Positions 1 to 14,410 of a stretch of 64,000 nt of DNA are shown piece after piece (within the stretch, counting starts at the first letter, position 1; each line of letters starts with the position of its first letter). Made by a program: the position numbers and the translations under genes. Below the pieces are notes generated by a model. The model saw only the letters and a program-made list of their open reading frames with translations. It was not told the origin of the DNA and did not search any database. The stretch lies in assembly GCF_009914755.1 (NCBI RefSeq), contig NC_060931.1; one strand, 5' to 3'. Origin of the DNA: the human T2T-CHM13v2.0 reference genome, Homo sapiens.

Positions 1-229
1 CTCACTGCAACTGCTGCCTCTCAGGTTCAAGCGATTCTCCTGCCTCAACCTCCCAAGTAGCTGGGATTATAGGTGCCCGCCACCACGCCCAGCTAATTTT
101 TGTATTTTTAGTAGAGACGGGGTTTTACCATGTTGGCCAGGCTGGTCTCAAACTCCTGACCTCAAGTGATCTGCCTGCCTCAGCCTCCCAAAGTGCTGGG
201 ATTACAGGTGTGAGCCACCGTGCCTGGCC
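1..229 (-). mobile_element. Alu (AluS-like), cut by window edge
   Basis: Antisense Alu ending ...GTGAGCCACCGTGCCTGGCC. Confidence 0.95.
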
Positions 230-1040
230 AAAAAGACACTTTTCAAAAGAAGATTTACATGCGGGCAACAAGCATATGAAAAATGCTTGGTGTTACTAAT
301 TATTAGAGAATGCAAATCAAAACCACAATGAGATACCATCTCACACAAGTCAGTATGGCTATTATTAAAAAGTCAAAAATTAACAGAGGCTGACAAGGTT
401 GCATAGAAAAGGGAATGCTTATACACTGCTATGGGGCATGTAAATTGGGTCAGCCACTGTGGAAAGCAGTTGGAGATCTGTCAAAGAACATAAAACAGAA
501 TTACCGTTCGACTCGCAATCCTATTATTGGGTTATACCCAAAGGACTATATATTGTTCTATTATAAAGACACATACACATGTATGTTCATAGCAGCACTA
601 TCCATAATAGCAAAGACATGAAATCAACCTAAATGCTCATTAACAGTAGACTGGGTAAAGAAAATGTGGTACAGGTACACCATGGAATACTATACAGCCA
701 TAAAAAAGAATGAGATTATGTTCTTTGCAGCAACACGGATGGAGCTGGAGGCCATTATCCCAAGTGAACTAACACAGGAGCAGAAAACCAAATACTGCCT
801 GTTCCCATTTAGAAGTGAGAGCTGAACACTGAGTACGTATGGACACAAAGGAGGAAAAAACAGACACTTGGAGTGGGGAGAAGGGGGAGGATAAAAAAAA
901 AAACTACCTATCAGATACCATGCTGATCACCTGGGTGACAGAATAATCTGTATACCAAACCCCTGCAGCACACAATTTGTTTATATAACAAATCTGTACA
1001 TGTACACCTGAATCTCAAATAAAATTAGAAAAAAAAAAGA
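230..1040 (+). mobile_element. L1 3' end (old L1PA/L1PB type): ORF2 tail, 3'UTR and poly-A
   Basis: ATGCAAATCAAAACCACAATGAGATACCATCTCACAC, L1 3'UTR motifs, A-tail ~1020-1040. Confidence 0.9.
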
Positions 1041-1061
1041 ACATAAGACCTTTTTGACTTG

Positions 1062-1241
1062 CTAGGTTTAGTAAATAAAAATACAGGATAACCTGTTAAA
1101 TTACTATTGTAGATAAGATACAGATCCTTTTATGTACGGCTCTGTCCCAAATATTGCATGGGGCATAATTATACTATTTATTTGTTGTTTATTTGAAATT
1201 TAAATGTAATTGGGTGTTCTGTGTTTAATCTGGCAACCCTA
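1062..1241. mobile_element. MER53 palindromic MITE
   Basis: AAATAAAAATACAGGA...GTCCCAAATATTGCATGGG...ATCTGGCAACCCTA matches recalled MER53; internal inverted symmetry. Confidence 0.8.
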
Positions 1242-1609
1242 ACAAAGTTTCATTTATCATCCTAAATAATTCCCATCATGAAATGCTAACATATTGTGTG
1301 GGTATAGTAAGCATTAAAATATTAATTACCATTGTTTTCATTCTATAAAGATGATCTAGAACAAACTACATATACAGTAAGTTAGGGAATTGAGGCTTAC
1401 AAAGTATATGCTACTTACCTGAGATCATGCACACAGGTTTTTTTTTGTTTTTTTTTTTTAAATTTCATTAGTGATAAAACTGAGACCTCTAGCCTCCTCA
1501 CTGCTGATTTTTCTACAGCATCTAGGTCAATCATCCTGGTGAATGGGAAATCCATCCATAGCAGTCCTTTAATTATGCCTTCCCTGGGCCTAATGCTGTG
1601 TCTTTACTA

Positions 1610-2060
<451 letters not shown>

Positions 2061-2098
2061 TCCTGGCTCAGCCTCAGGCCTGTCTCCAGCCTTTATAA

Positions 2099-2279
2099 GA
2101 GTGGTTCTTGTTCCTGGCTGTAGATTAGAATCACCTGAGCAGGTTTTAGAAACCAGTGGTATCTAAACCCTGCTCCAGAGATTTTGACTTCATTGGCCTT
2201 GGGGTGGGCTCGGGGAATTGGTGGTTTTCTTTCAACTCCCAAGTGCTTCTAATTGTCTTTGCTTTGAATCACTGATTTA
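2099..2279. mobile_element. MER5-family hAT MITE
   Basis: AGTGGTTCT...TTAGAATCACCTG...GAATCACTG termini. Confidence 0.65.
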
Positions 2280-2456
2280 AGAAGAGCTTTCCCACCTAAG
2301 GCAAAAGACACTGAAATAAATCGATGTCTCCAATGACATATATTTTCCTTCAGCATTGACAGACTGAATATATGACCAGACCATATTAAAAAAAAAATAG
2401 AACTCTGACCCACAGTCCTCAGCAATCAGCCCAGGAGGCCAGCCCATTCTCTACAG

Positions 2457-3121
2457 CGAGCTTATCCAACCTGCAGCCTGCAGGCTGCATGCGGCCAAGG
2501 ATGACGTTGATTGCGGACACAAATGCGTAAAATTTCTTAAAACATTACGAGATTTTTTTTTTTGCCATTTTTTTCTTTTAGCTTATCAGTTATCGTTAGT
2601 GTTTGTGTATTTTATGAAAGGAAAATATCTTGGAGCCCCGAAATCACTAAGCTAAAGGCAAAAGTCAAGCTGGGAACTGCTTAGGGCCAACCTGCCTCCC
2701 ATTCTGTTCAAAGTCAACCCTCCGCTCATTGAGATAAATGCATCTCTGATTGCCTCCTTTAGAGAGGCTCATCTGAAACTGAAAAGAATGCAACCGTTTG
2801 TCTCTTATCTACCTACAACCTAGAAGTCCCCTCCCCAGTTTGAATTGTCCTGCTTTTCCAGACCGAACCACCATTCATCTTACATAGGTTAACTGATGTC
2901 TCACATCTCCCTAAAATGTATAAAACCAAACTGCGTTCTGACCACCTTAGGCACATGTCATCAGGACCTCCTGAGGCTGTGTCCTCAACCTTGGCAAAAT
3001 TAACTTTCTACATTAACTGAGACCCCTGTCTCAGATTTTCGGGGTTCACAATTTCATGTGTAGCCCAAGACAATTCTTCTTTCAGTGTGTCCCAGGGAAG
3101 CCGAAAGATTGGACACCCCTG
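2457..3121 (-). mobile_element. MER30 (hAT-Charlie MITE), split by MER4 LTR
   Basis: Ends CGAGCTTATCCAACC and GATTGGACACCCCTG; both flanks share CTACAG (degenerate 8-bp TSD). Confidence 0.85.
2613..3050 (+). mobile_element. MER4A/MER4A1 solo LTR (ERV1)
   Basis: GAAAGGAAAATATCTTGG...AAATCACTAAGCTAAAGG...GGGTTCACA; 4-bp TSD ATTT (2609-2612, 3051-3054). Confidence 0.88.
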
Positions 3122-3814
3122 ACTACAGAAACCAGTCCAGGAGAAGCCAGCCTGCTATCCACAAGCCAGACTTACAGGCAGTCAGACTACTTTCTCCAGC
3201 AATCAGTTCAGGAACCCAAACCCTAACCCCTCTAACAACTGGGTCGAAGTGGTCAGGGCTTGATTAATATCTGACAGCGTCTCAGATTTTTAGTTCCACT
3301 TCTAACTTAAGACCAATCAAGGAAGGACAAATATGGTCCCCTAACCAACTGCCCAGCATGCCCTTTTTCTAATTAGCCGACCCCAGCTTCTCCACACCAA
3401 CAGCCCCAAGTAGGGGCACCCCTTTCTGCCACCATAAGGCTTTCCCACTGCCATGCCTACCTTTGAGTCTCTGCCAATACACGAGCAATGCTGGTTGACT
3501 CCCTTGCTACAGCAAGTGCTGAGTAAACAGTCTTTCTTATTCTGGTTTGGTTGGTCTTTGTGTTTGTCCTCAGCCTGCTGCTGGAGATGAGCTGGGTGCA
3601 GGATAAGCATGTGGGTCAGAGGGAACAGACTTTCAATACACTGTGAAGACTTCTATGCTTACCCTGCTACTCCTTTCAAGCCTGCCTCGGCAAACAGTGG
3701 GATCAAAGTTAGATGGACTCAGCCATTTGCCTCCTTAAGCCCCCAAGTCCTGCTCCTTATTTCTCCTCTGTCATCTGACCTGCCTCATTCTGGCCTGTGC
3801 TTCTGAGAGTCCTT

Positions 3815-4000
3815 GTAGGGCATAAGCTCTGGAACTTGAAAGGCTTGGTTTGAACTGAAGCTCCATAGATTAGTTGTGCAACTGCGAATAACAGGATGAA
3901 TCATTTTGTGCCTTGGGCTCCTGATTCTATCTCTGGGGGTGTGGTGAGAATTAAACAATGGATGCCTCTGAAGTGCTTAGTCCTGGCGGGGCTCAGTAAC
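3815..4000 (+). mobile_element. MIR
   Basis: Degenerate MIR core, GTGGTGAGAATTAAA, AAGTGCTTAG. Confidence 0.6.
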
Positions 4001-4155
4001 TTCCCTGTGAGCGTAAGCACCGTTCTCATCGTTCTGCAAGGGGCTATTTTTTCTCCTCACTTTGTCACTCAAGCAAAGACAAAGACTCCCTTCCTGCTTG
4101 AATCAAGGCATTGTATATAATATAACTTACTAAAGGTTGGAGAAAAGGCAGGGCT

Positions 4156-4510
4156 GTATCAGTTAGTTTGACTGCGGTAACAAAATGCCATGGGCAGTTG
4201 CCTTAAACATTTCTTTTCTTTCGGTTCTGGAGGTTAGAAGTTCAGGGACCCAGCTGATTCCATTTCGGGTGAGGGCTCTCTTGTTGGCTTTCAGGGGGCT
4301 ACCTTATTGCTGTGTTTTCATCTCAGGTGGTCTTGTAGAAAGAGATCAAGCTCTCTGGTGCCTCTTGTAAAGACAATAATCCCATCGGATCAGGGCTCCA
4401 ATCTTATGACCCCATTTAATGTTAGTTACTTCCTTATTCCAAATACAGCCACACTGGGGGTTAGAACTTTAACATGAATTCTTGGGAAACAGATATTCCA
4501 GTGCATAACA
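4156..4510 (-). mobile_element. MLT1A-type MaLR solo LTR
   Basis: TGTATCAGTTAG...GGTTCTGGAGGTTAGAAG...CCAAATACAGCCACACTGGGGGTTAG...ATAACA. Confidence 0.8.
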
Positions 4511-4552
4511 AAGATACTTTAAAGAGAAATAATAAACATAAAAGTGCCTATT

Positions 4553-4926
<374 letters not shown>

Positions 4927-5212
4927 TCAATCCAGTGCAAGTGAGGCTCACATTCATTGTTTCGAGGAGCTGCTCTTGTTTCCAGAATCCAGGGTCTCGT
5001 TGTTTCCAGCCCCCGTCCTTTGGCCTTTCTGTCACCCAGGCTTTCCAGAGGCTGGTAATCAATTAACATGTGAACGGCTTCTGGCCCCATAGGCACCTTT
5101 TACAACGTCAAAGATTGCTATTCAGCTCTCCCTGTTTCAATAGCTCTTTACCTTACTTCAATCTTTTCAGGATAGAAGACATCAGGTTTAAAAACCCACT
5201 GAATTATCATAC

Positions 5213-5520
5213 CTTCATTTGTTCAGACCTATTCATTGAGCTCCCGCCATGTACCAGGCACTGTGCTGAGTGATGGGAATGTGGCAGTGAGTAGACAGAG
5301 TGCCTGCTCTCACGCAGTGAACACTTGAGGAAGAGAAGAAAGCTGGCTTAGACCGGGGGTCAAGGAAGACATGTGAGGGAAATGACTTGTCAGCTGAGGT
5401 CTAAATAATGCAAGTTTTCTTGGTTAAAGGCACATGTGTGGGGATGCCTGGATGGAAGGGGTAAGGAATTGGAGAGACCATTCCGGAGAGAGAGACTACA
5501 TGGAGAAAGATCCATTATCA
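5213..5520 (-). mobile_element. L2 3' fragment
   Basis: TTCATT...ATTGAGC...ATGTACCAGGCACTGTGCTGAG. Confidence 0.65.
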
Positions 5521-5721
5521 GAAGGAAATAAAACATCAGGACTTTATCGGTATATTAGCCAGGGTTCAACAAGGAAAATAGAAACCACCTGTAGTTCTTA
5601 AACCAGAAGAAATCTGGGAGGAAATTGCTTACTTTGATAAAGGGAAAGCTAAGAAACCAAAGAGGTGACCTTATGCCACAGAAGGGATTAGCAACAGCAG
5701 GCAGCTGTTCTTACATTTCAG

Positions 5722-6995
<1,274 letters not shown>

Positions 6996-7003
6996 ACAAA
7001 TAG

Positions 7004-7308
<305 letters not shown>

Positions 7309-8764
7309 TTGCAAATAATATATCTTGTTGCAATAATATAGACTCAGCATCAACATGGTCATGTTGTCTCTCCTGTTCTATCTCTCCCAGTCTGTGAGCT
7401 GCTCTTGAAGATTTTGCACCCATTTCTGACAGCCTTATTGTTCCATTTCTAGTAAAGTTCACAGGTATTAAATTCCTCATTAGAACATGATGTTCTTCAT
7501 TCTGAAAACTGCTTTCCTTCAAGCAATTATTAACCACTCTTGTCAAGGCCACCCCTCATGCCAGCTGGCTACAAGTCTCTGCACACTCTTGGACCATCCA
7601 TCACCAAGGAGCAACATCTGCTGCGTGCTTTTGCCTTCGCTGCCTTATAAAGCAGAGGGAGATCGGAGTCCTGCGCCTGCCTCCATGCTTGTACTCGGAG
7701 TTGCTTTTCTGACTCAGAGCTAATATAAGCCTGACCTCACTCCTCCCTCTGGAATTTGAAACAACAGAAGAACAAGGACAGTGCAGAACCTTTTAATGGG
7801 TTTCAAATCTCCAACAAGATTCTGCACAGGCAAATGATCCATATACCATCATGAAGTAAAACAGGAGGCAAGAAAAAAGGCAAAAGAAAAAAAAACTGGC
7901 AAATCCTGTCTCTGGGCTTATGCTCAGGAGCAGCTCAAATTTTTTCTTTCCTTTCTTTTTTATAAAAGAAGTATTCTTTCCACGCTTGAGCCTATAAGGG
8001 TGAGATCTGCTATCTTTATTTTCAAGTATTCAGTCAAAACCAACCAATCAAACAAATGAACAAACAGAAAAAATACTCATCCTCTCTGCCTACAGCCCAC
8101 ACCCCCCAAAAGATAAAAATAATCTTGAACTCTGGCTCACAAGTGAGGTAAACAAAAATTTTAGTTCTGACTCTGCTGCTGTGTAACCTAAGGCAAGACC
8201 GAAAGACTTGGAACGGACTCATTTTTGTCCAAGAATCTCCTAGGAAAGAGGGATTTGTCTTCTTAGTTTCACGAAACCGAACTACAACAGTAGATCTAAT
8301 GGCATGTTGAAAAAATAATTTCAACATATTGTGATTAATGTCACATTTCCTAACCCACTGAAAAGAAACTGAATGTCGGTATTCAAAAATGAGTAGAATG
8401 ATTTATTCTCTTTTATTAATTACTTAGTATTCTGATGCTTAGGAGCAGGCATAGGTAAAAGTATGGAGACAGAATTGATTACATAATTTATCATGCAAAA
8501 CAGGATTAAGGAGTGAAAAAACGCAGTAGTCATCGTGCTGGGACTGCGGGAATAAGAAGAACTGTCTTGGGCCCTCCTTGAAGTCTACTTGGTTTCGCCA
8601 ATTTAAGAATTTCGAATGGAGCTTGATTTGCTTGGCAGGCAAGCTGGCTTGGGTCCATCGGGAGCCTGGGCATGGGGAGGAACATGCCAGTGTGAGTGCC
8701 AGTGGAGGGAGAAGTGGGCAGAATTCCCCATGAGGGAGAGGCACTGGAAAGCTCTCTTCCCACG

Positions 8765-9137
8765 CCTCCTGGAGCTGCCACGACAAACTCCTGCAGACGG
8801 ACAGCTTGAACAACAGAAGTTTATTTTTTCAAAATCCTGGAGGCTGGAAGTCCAAAATCGAGATGTCAGTTTCTCCTGGGCCTCCCTGCTGGGTTTGCAG
8901 AAGGCCGTCTTCTCTCTGAGTCTTCACATGGTCGTTCCTCTGTGTGTGCCTGTGTCCTCATCTCCTTTTCCTATAATGACACAAGTCAGGTTGGATGAGG
9001 GCCCATCCCTATGGCCTCATTGTAATTTAGCTATTTTTTAAAAGACGCTATCTCCGTAGACAGTCCCATTCTGAGGTGCCAGGGGCTGGGACTTCAGCAC
9101 ATGCGTTTTGGGGGGAACGCCATTCACCCCATAATGT
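8765..9137 (-). mobile_element. MLT1B-type MaLR solo LTR
   Basis: AACAACAGAAGTTTATT...CTGGAGGCTGGAAGTCCAA...ATTCTGAGGT...CCCATAA. Confidence 0.8.
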
Positions 9138-10879
9138 GGGCTTTCTTACATACCTGTGACTGGAGCCTTGACGGCGCCTCAGTCAGAGCTGATCACCCAA
9201 GCGCTCCCAGTCTCTGCCCTCCCTAGCTTGCTCTGACCCTGGCATGGCCTCAGGAGCCCTCTGTAGAGCTCCCTGCAGCACCGCCTCTGTGCCAATCCAG
9301 GGTGTGAGCCAGGGAGCAAGACAGACGGGGAGTGGGGAGGAATGAATTGAACAGCCTCAGGGTATGCACGCCAAATGCAGAGCAGGCCTGTGCCTTTAAA
9401 CAGAGGACCATTCCTTTCCTTTTAAGCCTGTTCTTGGCCTCCCCCGCCCACCTCTGCAGAGACCAGGGGCTGAGGCCAGTGGGGTGGCGTTTGTTTTGGT
9501 GACTGTGTTTATGTTCTCACTTCAGGCGGCTGACAGGAACACACTGCTAATGAGAGCTTTGCCTGTTAGGGAGATGCTGTTTATGCAACTTCCAAAGAAA
9601 AAGAACAGCCGCCTGTGTACTAGGTGTTCACAGGGTGGGAGGGAGCTTTTTGGAGCCTCTCCAAGGAGGAGGTGGAGGGAGAGAGTTGTAGCTGGTCCAC
9701 TAGCTCCGTGTATGAATCCTCTGCCCTGGCACAGCCCCATCATACAAGGTCATATCCTCCTAGAATGAGAGAAAGGAGTGGGCAGATGCCATCCTGGTCC
9801 TCAGTATGCTCAGAGCTCAACAGTAGTCAAAGGTTAAACAAAGTCACATTAAAACTCCCCAGGAGGAAGCATTCAAATAGCAAAAAAAGCAAAGTTAGGA
9901 AATATAAAATGTCAGCTAATATATGATTTCCCCCTTTGGCTTATTCGTTCCTCAAATCCTACTAGGGTGGTGTTACAGGGGCGGCCCCAGAGTGCTTACT
10001 CAGGGGCCATGTTTCTGGGGGTAACACTTCTTTCCTAGAGAAGCCCTCTAGTGCCTTCCAATGAACCATGCAGTGAATCTGAGGAAGCCGTCATTCTGAT
10101 TCAGTGAAGAAGAATCACAAAGATGGCTGGCATTGCAGACCTGCAGAAGACCTGTCATCTCAGAAAGTCTTTGGACCTTCCTTTCAGTGCTCCTGCTGCT
10201 GCAGGGGTGTCTCCCAACTTGAGCTTCTTGAGCAGCAACTCCATCCACCGCCTCAGCTGGGCCCTGGTGTAGGAGCTCTGCTATAGGCATGGTGGGCTCC
10301 CTGGTCTATCCACACAAATTGTGACTGAGCTGAGGGTCACCCACTGCACTTGGTCTCAGTCCACAAGCCCCTGATGGTTCAGAAGGTGACTTGGAGTAGG
10401 ATATGACTTCTTTTTAATGAAATGGCATAGACTATAACTTAATAAGGCATTGTTTCAAGAACTAGCTAGTTTTCCTGTAGGGGAAAGTGGCACAGAGCTC
10501 GGGCAGAATCATCCTATTTAGACGGCAATTTGTGAAATATTTTTTAAAAGGTTAGTCCTCCATGCCCACTGTTTGCATCCTGGGTTTGGACTTGGGAGCA
10601 GAAGGATGGAATTGGCAGTGGCAGGCACATCACATATGCAAACCGAGACCCTGTGAGAAGATGGTTTGAATGTCCGAGATAACACTGTTATTTCACCAGT
10701 GAGACACGGGAGCCTAGAAGAGTACTGATCCCAATCAAAGAAACCCGTGTGCCTTCCTGGCAGCATGCCTCACTCCATCCTCCAGGTCCTCAGAGCACTT
10801 TCTCCACCCCACTGTGTGCTCCAGGCACGATGCAGACAGTCACAGACCTCTCTCTACAGGAGCCATCTCTCAGGATCCA

Positions 10880-11102
10880 GAGCAGGGGTGAGGGTCATGA
10901 GTGCTGGTGTTGGTCACACGTGGGCCCCAATCCCAACCTTGCAACTATGATCTCTGCAATACTGGGCAGGCCCCTTAGTTGCTCTGATCTTTGGTCTTCT
11001 CATTTGTTAAGTTGACAGAATAATAGTAACTCTCCCACAAGGTGGTTATGAGGATTAAATGAGATAATGCATGCACAACATTCAATACAGTAAGTGCTCA
11101 GC
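10880..11102 (+). mobile_element. MIR
   Basis: GGTGGTTATGAGGATTAAATGAGATAATGCATG...AGTAAGTGCTCA. Confidence 0.8.
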
Positions 11103-11184
11103 CTGTGGTTACTGTGAATATCCTTGAGGCTAAATTGGGCATCCTTAAGATTAAAGAAAAAACTCACAAAAAAACAAAAAATAG

Positions 11185-11270
11185 CACTTTGCTCATATCC
11201 CTAGTGTCCAGCAGAGTGAGCGTATGTAGTAAATGTTCAATGCATAACAGCTGAATAGATGAATAAACAA
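11185..11270 (+). mobile_element. L2 3' terminus
   Basis: ATATCCCTAGTG...GTAGTAAATGTTCAAT...TGAATAGATGAAT. Confidence 0.55.
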
Positions 11271-11516
11271 ATATATTCATTGCAAATCAGATTGCACAGA
11301 TATATGCACATTTGGCCTCCTTTTAAAAATAATGTTAACACAGAATAATTTATTTAAAAAGAGTTTTACCAGGGAAAGAAAGGGAACATTACATCCAGAG
11401 ATTCTAGCGGAAGAAAGTTCCTACATTTATAAGTAATACTTAGTTCTGAACTCTATAGCAACCAACATTTGCCTTATATATATTTATATGGGCTGCACAC
11501 AAGATGAAAAATCAAG

Positions 11517-11720
11517 AGAGCAGTAGAACATAGTGGTAAATAATACAGATTTTGGAGCCATCCTGCTTGAGTTCAGATCCCAACTCTACCACTTTCTAGT
11601 GGTCTGACATTAGCCACTTAACCCATCATATTGGTGCCGTCATTTTCCTATCTGTGCATATTCCATAGGATTATGAAGATTAAATAGGTTAATTTGCATA
11701 AATCACTTTTATATGGCTTA
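11517..11720 (+). mobile_element. MIR
   Basis: CATAGTGGTAAA...TTTGGAGCCA...GAGTTCAGATCCCAACTCTACCACTT. Confidence 0.75.
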
Positions 11721-12467
11721 CTATGTATCAACTACTGTTTTCTTTTTGCTTTCCATTGAATTTGGGTATTTATTCATCACCTTGAAGACGACTGCATAAT
11801 CTGCCTCTTCCTGTGGGATTTAAACAACAAATTAAATTAACCATCGGGGTTATAATCATGTTGGTAGCTGAGATTTGTACCAGTGAAACAGTAAGAGGAC
11901 CCTGAAGTCTTGTACTAAATGCCCAAGAACCTCTCCGTCCCCCACTACATAGTCGGGGATCTCAGGATGTGGGGAAGGTCGAGCTGTGGCTCCTCCAGGA
12001 TGAGCGGGGTCTGCCCAGGATGAGAGCCCCTGACTGAGATGGCACGATGAGGGCGGTGGGGGCAGATGGGCAAAGCTGTGGAGGTGGGATCCACAAGGAC
12101 TACAACTGGGGTGTGGGAGGGAATAGAGAAGTGGCGGGGGCTTCGTGCAGGACAGAAACAGGACACATGGCGGAGTGGGAGCTCGTCCACCGTGGAAGCC
12201 CTGACAGAAGGCCTGGCAGGGAGAAAGCGCAGCCTGCTATGTGTGTGACCTCACTTGGAGATGAATATTGCCTGGGGAATTCTGGATGCAAATAAGCCCC
12301 CATTCGACCTTGGAGCACAACCTGGAGCCATGGCAGGGCCAGAATTGCATGTGACCCTCCTGCTGTCGTAGACCCAGCGCCTCTTCTCACTGCAGCTCTG
12401 TGTGTGAATGTGCTGGGTTGTTCCCTGTGTTCCCAGAATCCAGCTCATCGCATCCAGCATGGAGGAA

Positions 12468-12792
12468 CAAGTTGACGCTCCCTTATCCAAAACGCTTTTT
12501 GGATTTTGGAACATCTGTGTCATACCTAATGAAATATCTTGAGGATGGGACCCAAGTCTAAACAGAAAATCCATTAATGCTTCATATGCACCTCAAGCAC
12601 ATCACCTGAAGGGAACTTTAGACAATATTTTTAGAATTTTGTGCATAAAGTTTTGACTGCATTTTGACTGAGACTGATGACATGAAGTCAGATGTGGAAT
12701 TTTCCAATTGTGGCATCATGTCAGTCCTCAAAGAGTTTTGGCTTTAGAGCATTTTGATTTTTGGATTTCTGGACTAGGGATGCTCAAACCTG
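12468..12792. mobile_element. Tigger4b (TcMar-Tigger MITE)
   Basis: TIRs CAAGTTGA..TCCCTTATCC / GGACTAGGGATGCTCAAACCTG-TA; internal GATGGGACCCAAGTCTAAAC. Confidence 0.8.
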
Positions 12793-13006
12793 TACTCGAT
12801 TCATTGGATTAATCCAAGGACAGAGAAGGATGGAGCTAGAGAATTAAGGTAGTGGGGGCTGGAAAGGGGCAAAGAGGCTCCCACTTGTAAGGGGAGCAGG
12901 GGCCTCAGGGGAAGCCTGGGGAGTCGGTGGCTTGATGACCTTTGTTTCTCTTAGGATGGGACCACTTTGCCTTCCTTTTCCTGTAGTCAAGCCATACTGC
13001 CCATGC

Positions 13007-13801
13007 TGTCTTAGGCCGTTCTTGCATTGGTATAAAGAAACACCTGAGACTAGGTAATTTACAAAGGAAAGATGTTTAATTGACTCATGGTTCTGCAGGC
13101 TGTGCGGAAAGCATGACACCACCATCTGCTTCTGGGGAGGCCTCAGCATAAGAGTTAAAGAAAGAGGAAAGAAACACGAAAAGCAGCTTAACAGTCAAAG
13201 GCAGGTTTATTTTGGAGAATAAACTTGAGAGGGGCTTCTGGCCAATTTCAGTCAGGAACGTTCTCTCTTACAGTCTAAGGGAATTTAAGGGTTTAGGAAG
13301 GGGGAGCTTATTGCAGGATTGGAATGTTTCTATGTGAGGAAAATTTTATTGTGGGGTTGGCATGTTTCTGGTCGGAGTGGGGTTTATCTTAGGGTTGGAA
13401 TGTTTCTGGTTATGCTGACATTAGTCATTAGGCTGATCTTTTGGGGCTGGATTTAGGCAGTTTCTTTTATTCAAGGGGAACTTAAAAGGTGGTGTTTGTC
13501 CAAAATGGTGATGCTCCTGCTCTGTCACTCAGGAACCTTCCAGTCATGGCAGAAGGTGAAGTGGGAGCAGGCTGGGAATAGGAGCCAGAGAGAGAGGAGG
13601 AGCTGCCACACACTTTAAAATGACCAGATCTTGCAAGAACTCACCCACTATTGAGAGGATGGTGCCAAGAGGTATGATGTTTAACCATTCATGAGAAACC
13701 GCCCCCATGACTGAATCACCTCCCATCAGGCCCCACCTCCCACATTGGGGATTATATTGCAATATGAGATTTGGGCGGAGACACAAATCCGAACTATATC
13801 A
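13007..13801 (-). mobile_element. MSTB-type MaLR solo LTR, split by MER61
   Basis: TGTCTTAGGCCGTTCTTGCATTG...GGAGGCCTCAG | GAACCTTCCAGTCATGGCAGAAGG...AACTATATCA. Confidence 0.85.
13147..13527 (-). mobile_element. MER61-family solo LTR (ERV1)
   Basis: Reverse complement begins TGACAGAGCAGGAGCATCACCAT; 5-bp TSD CTCAG (13142-13146, 13528-13532). Confidence 0.8.
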
Positions 13802-13924
13802 CCTGACTGAGGCACCACCCACTTCTCCAGTGGGCCTTTTCTGAGAAGGGGCACCGTTGGAAAGAATCTATCATCTGGCCTAGAAGAATATGAGTCATGG
13901 CCACTCTCCATGAACTGTTACAGG

Positions 13925-14410
13925 AGTGTTTCCCAAACTCTGGGGAGAAGGCACCCTCTCTTCCCCTTTTTTTAGGCCAAAAGAAATAACCAACAGTTTA
14001 TTAATGAGTTCAGTCCAAACAACTTAGCAAACACCTATGCCTTAATAGCTTAGTACTTACTTGTTACAGGAATACATTAAAAATCTAAATAGTACTGTTG
14101 TATTACTGCTTGCCATAGTTATTTTCCCTTGCAATGCTGCGCTGCATGGTGGAGGTAAATTGGGTTCGCATTTCCTCTTCTGTGTTGGTTTCCAAGTGGT
14201 GCTCGTTTTTTTTTTTTTTTTTTAATCACAGCAGCCACCAAAACCCAGCTTTGCAAAGATAAGGCAGTGCTGTCTGACGCTGCGATGTCTGTTACCAGAG
14301 CAAATCATGCGTGGTGTGTGGCAGGGGTTCAGGATTGTCGTGTTTCCCTTGAGTATTTAAAGCCTCCAGAGGGACCCCTGTGAGTTCACACAGGCCCCGA
14401 GCACTTGGGT
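13925..14410. mobile_element. Possible old hAT-Charlie-type DNA transposon remnant
   Basis: AGTGTTTCCCAAACT start; CCCCTGTGAGTTC...CACTTGGG end; very degenerate. Confidence 0.3.

Larger units (their letters stand above)
2358..3570 (+). mobile_element. Old ERVL-class LTR (MER54/MER73/MER74 group), host of nested MER30 and MER4
   Basis: AGAACTCTGACCCACA...CAGCCCAGGAGGCC; resumes at 3122 with LTR-like 3' end (AGTAAACAGTCTTT). Confidence 0.55.

Noticed and set aside
5550-5715. Possible ancient LTR fragment (TATTAGCCAGGGTTCAAC...GAAACCAC)
   Set aside because: Too degenerate to assign a family by eye.
12045-12145. G-quadruplex candidate
   Set aside because: G-runs are present but the loops are long and irregular; common in mammalian DNA and unsupported otherwise.
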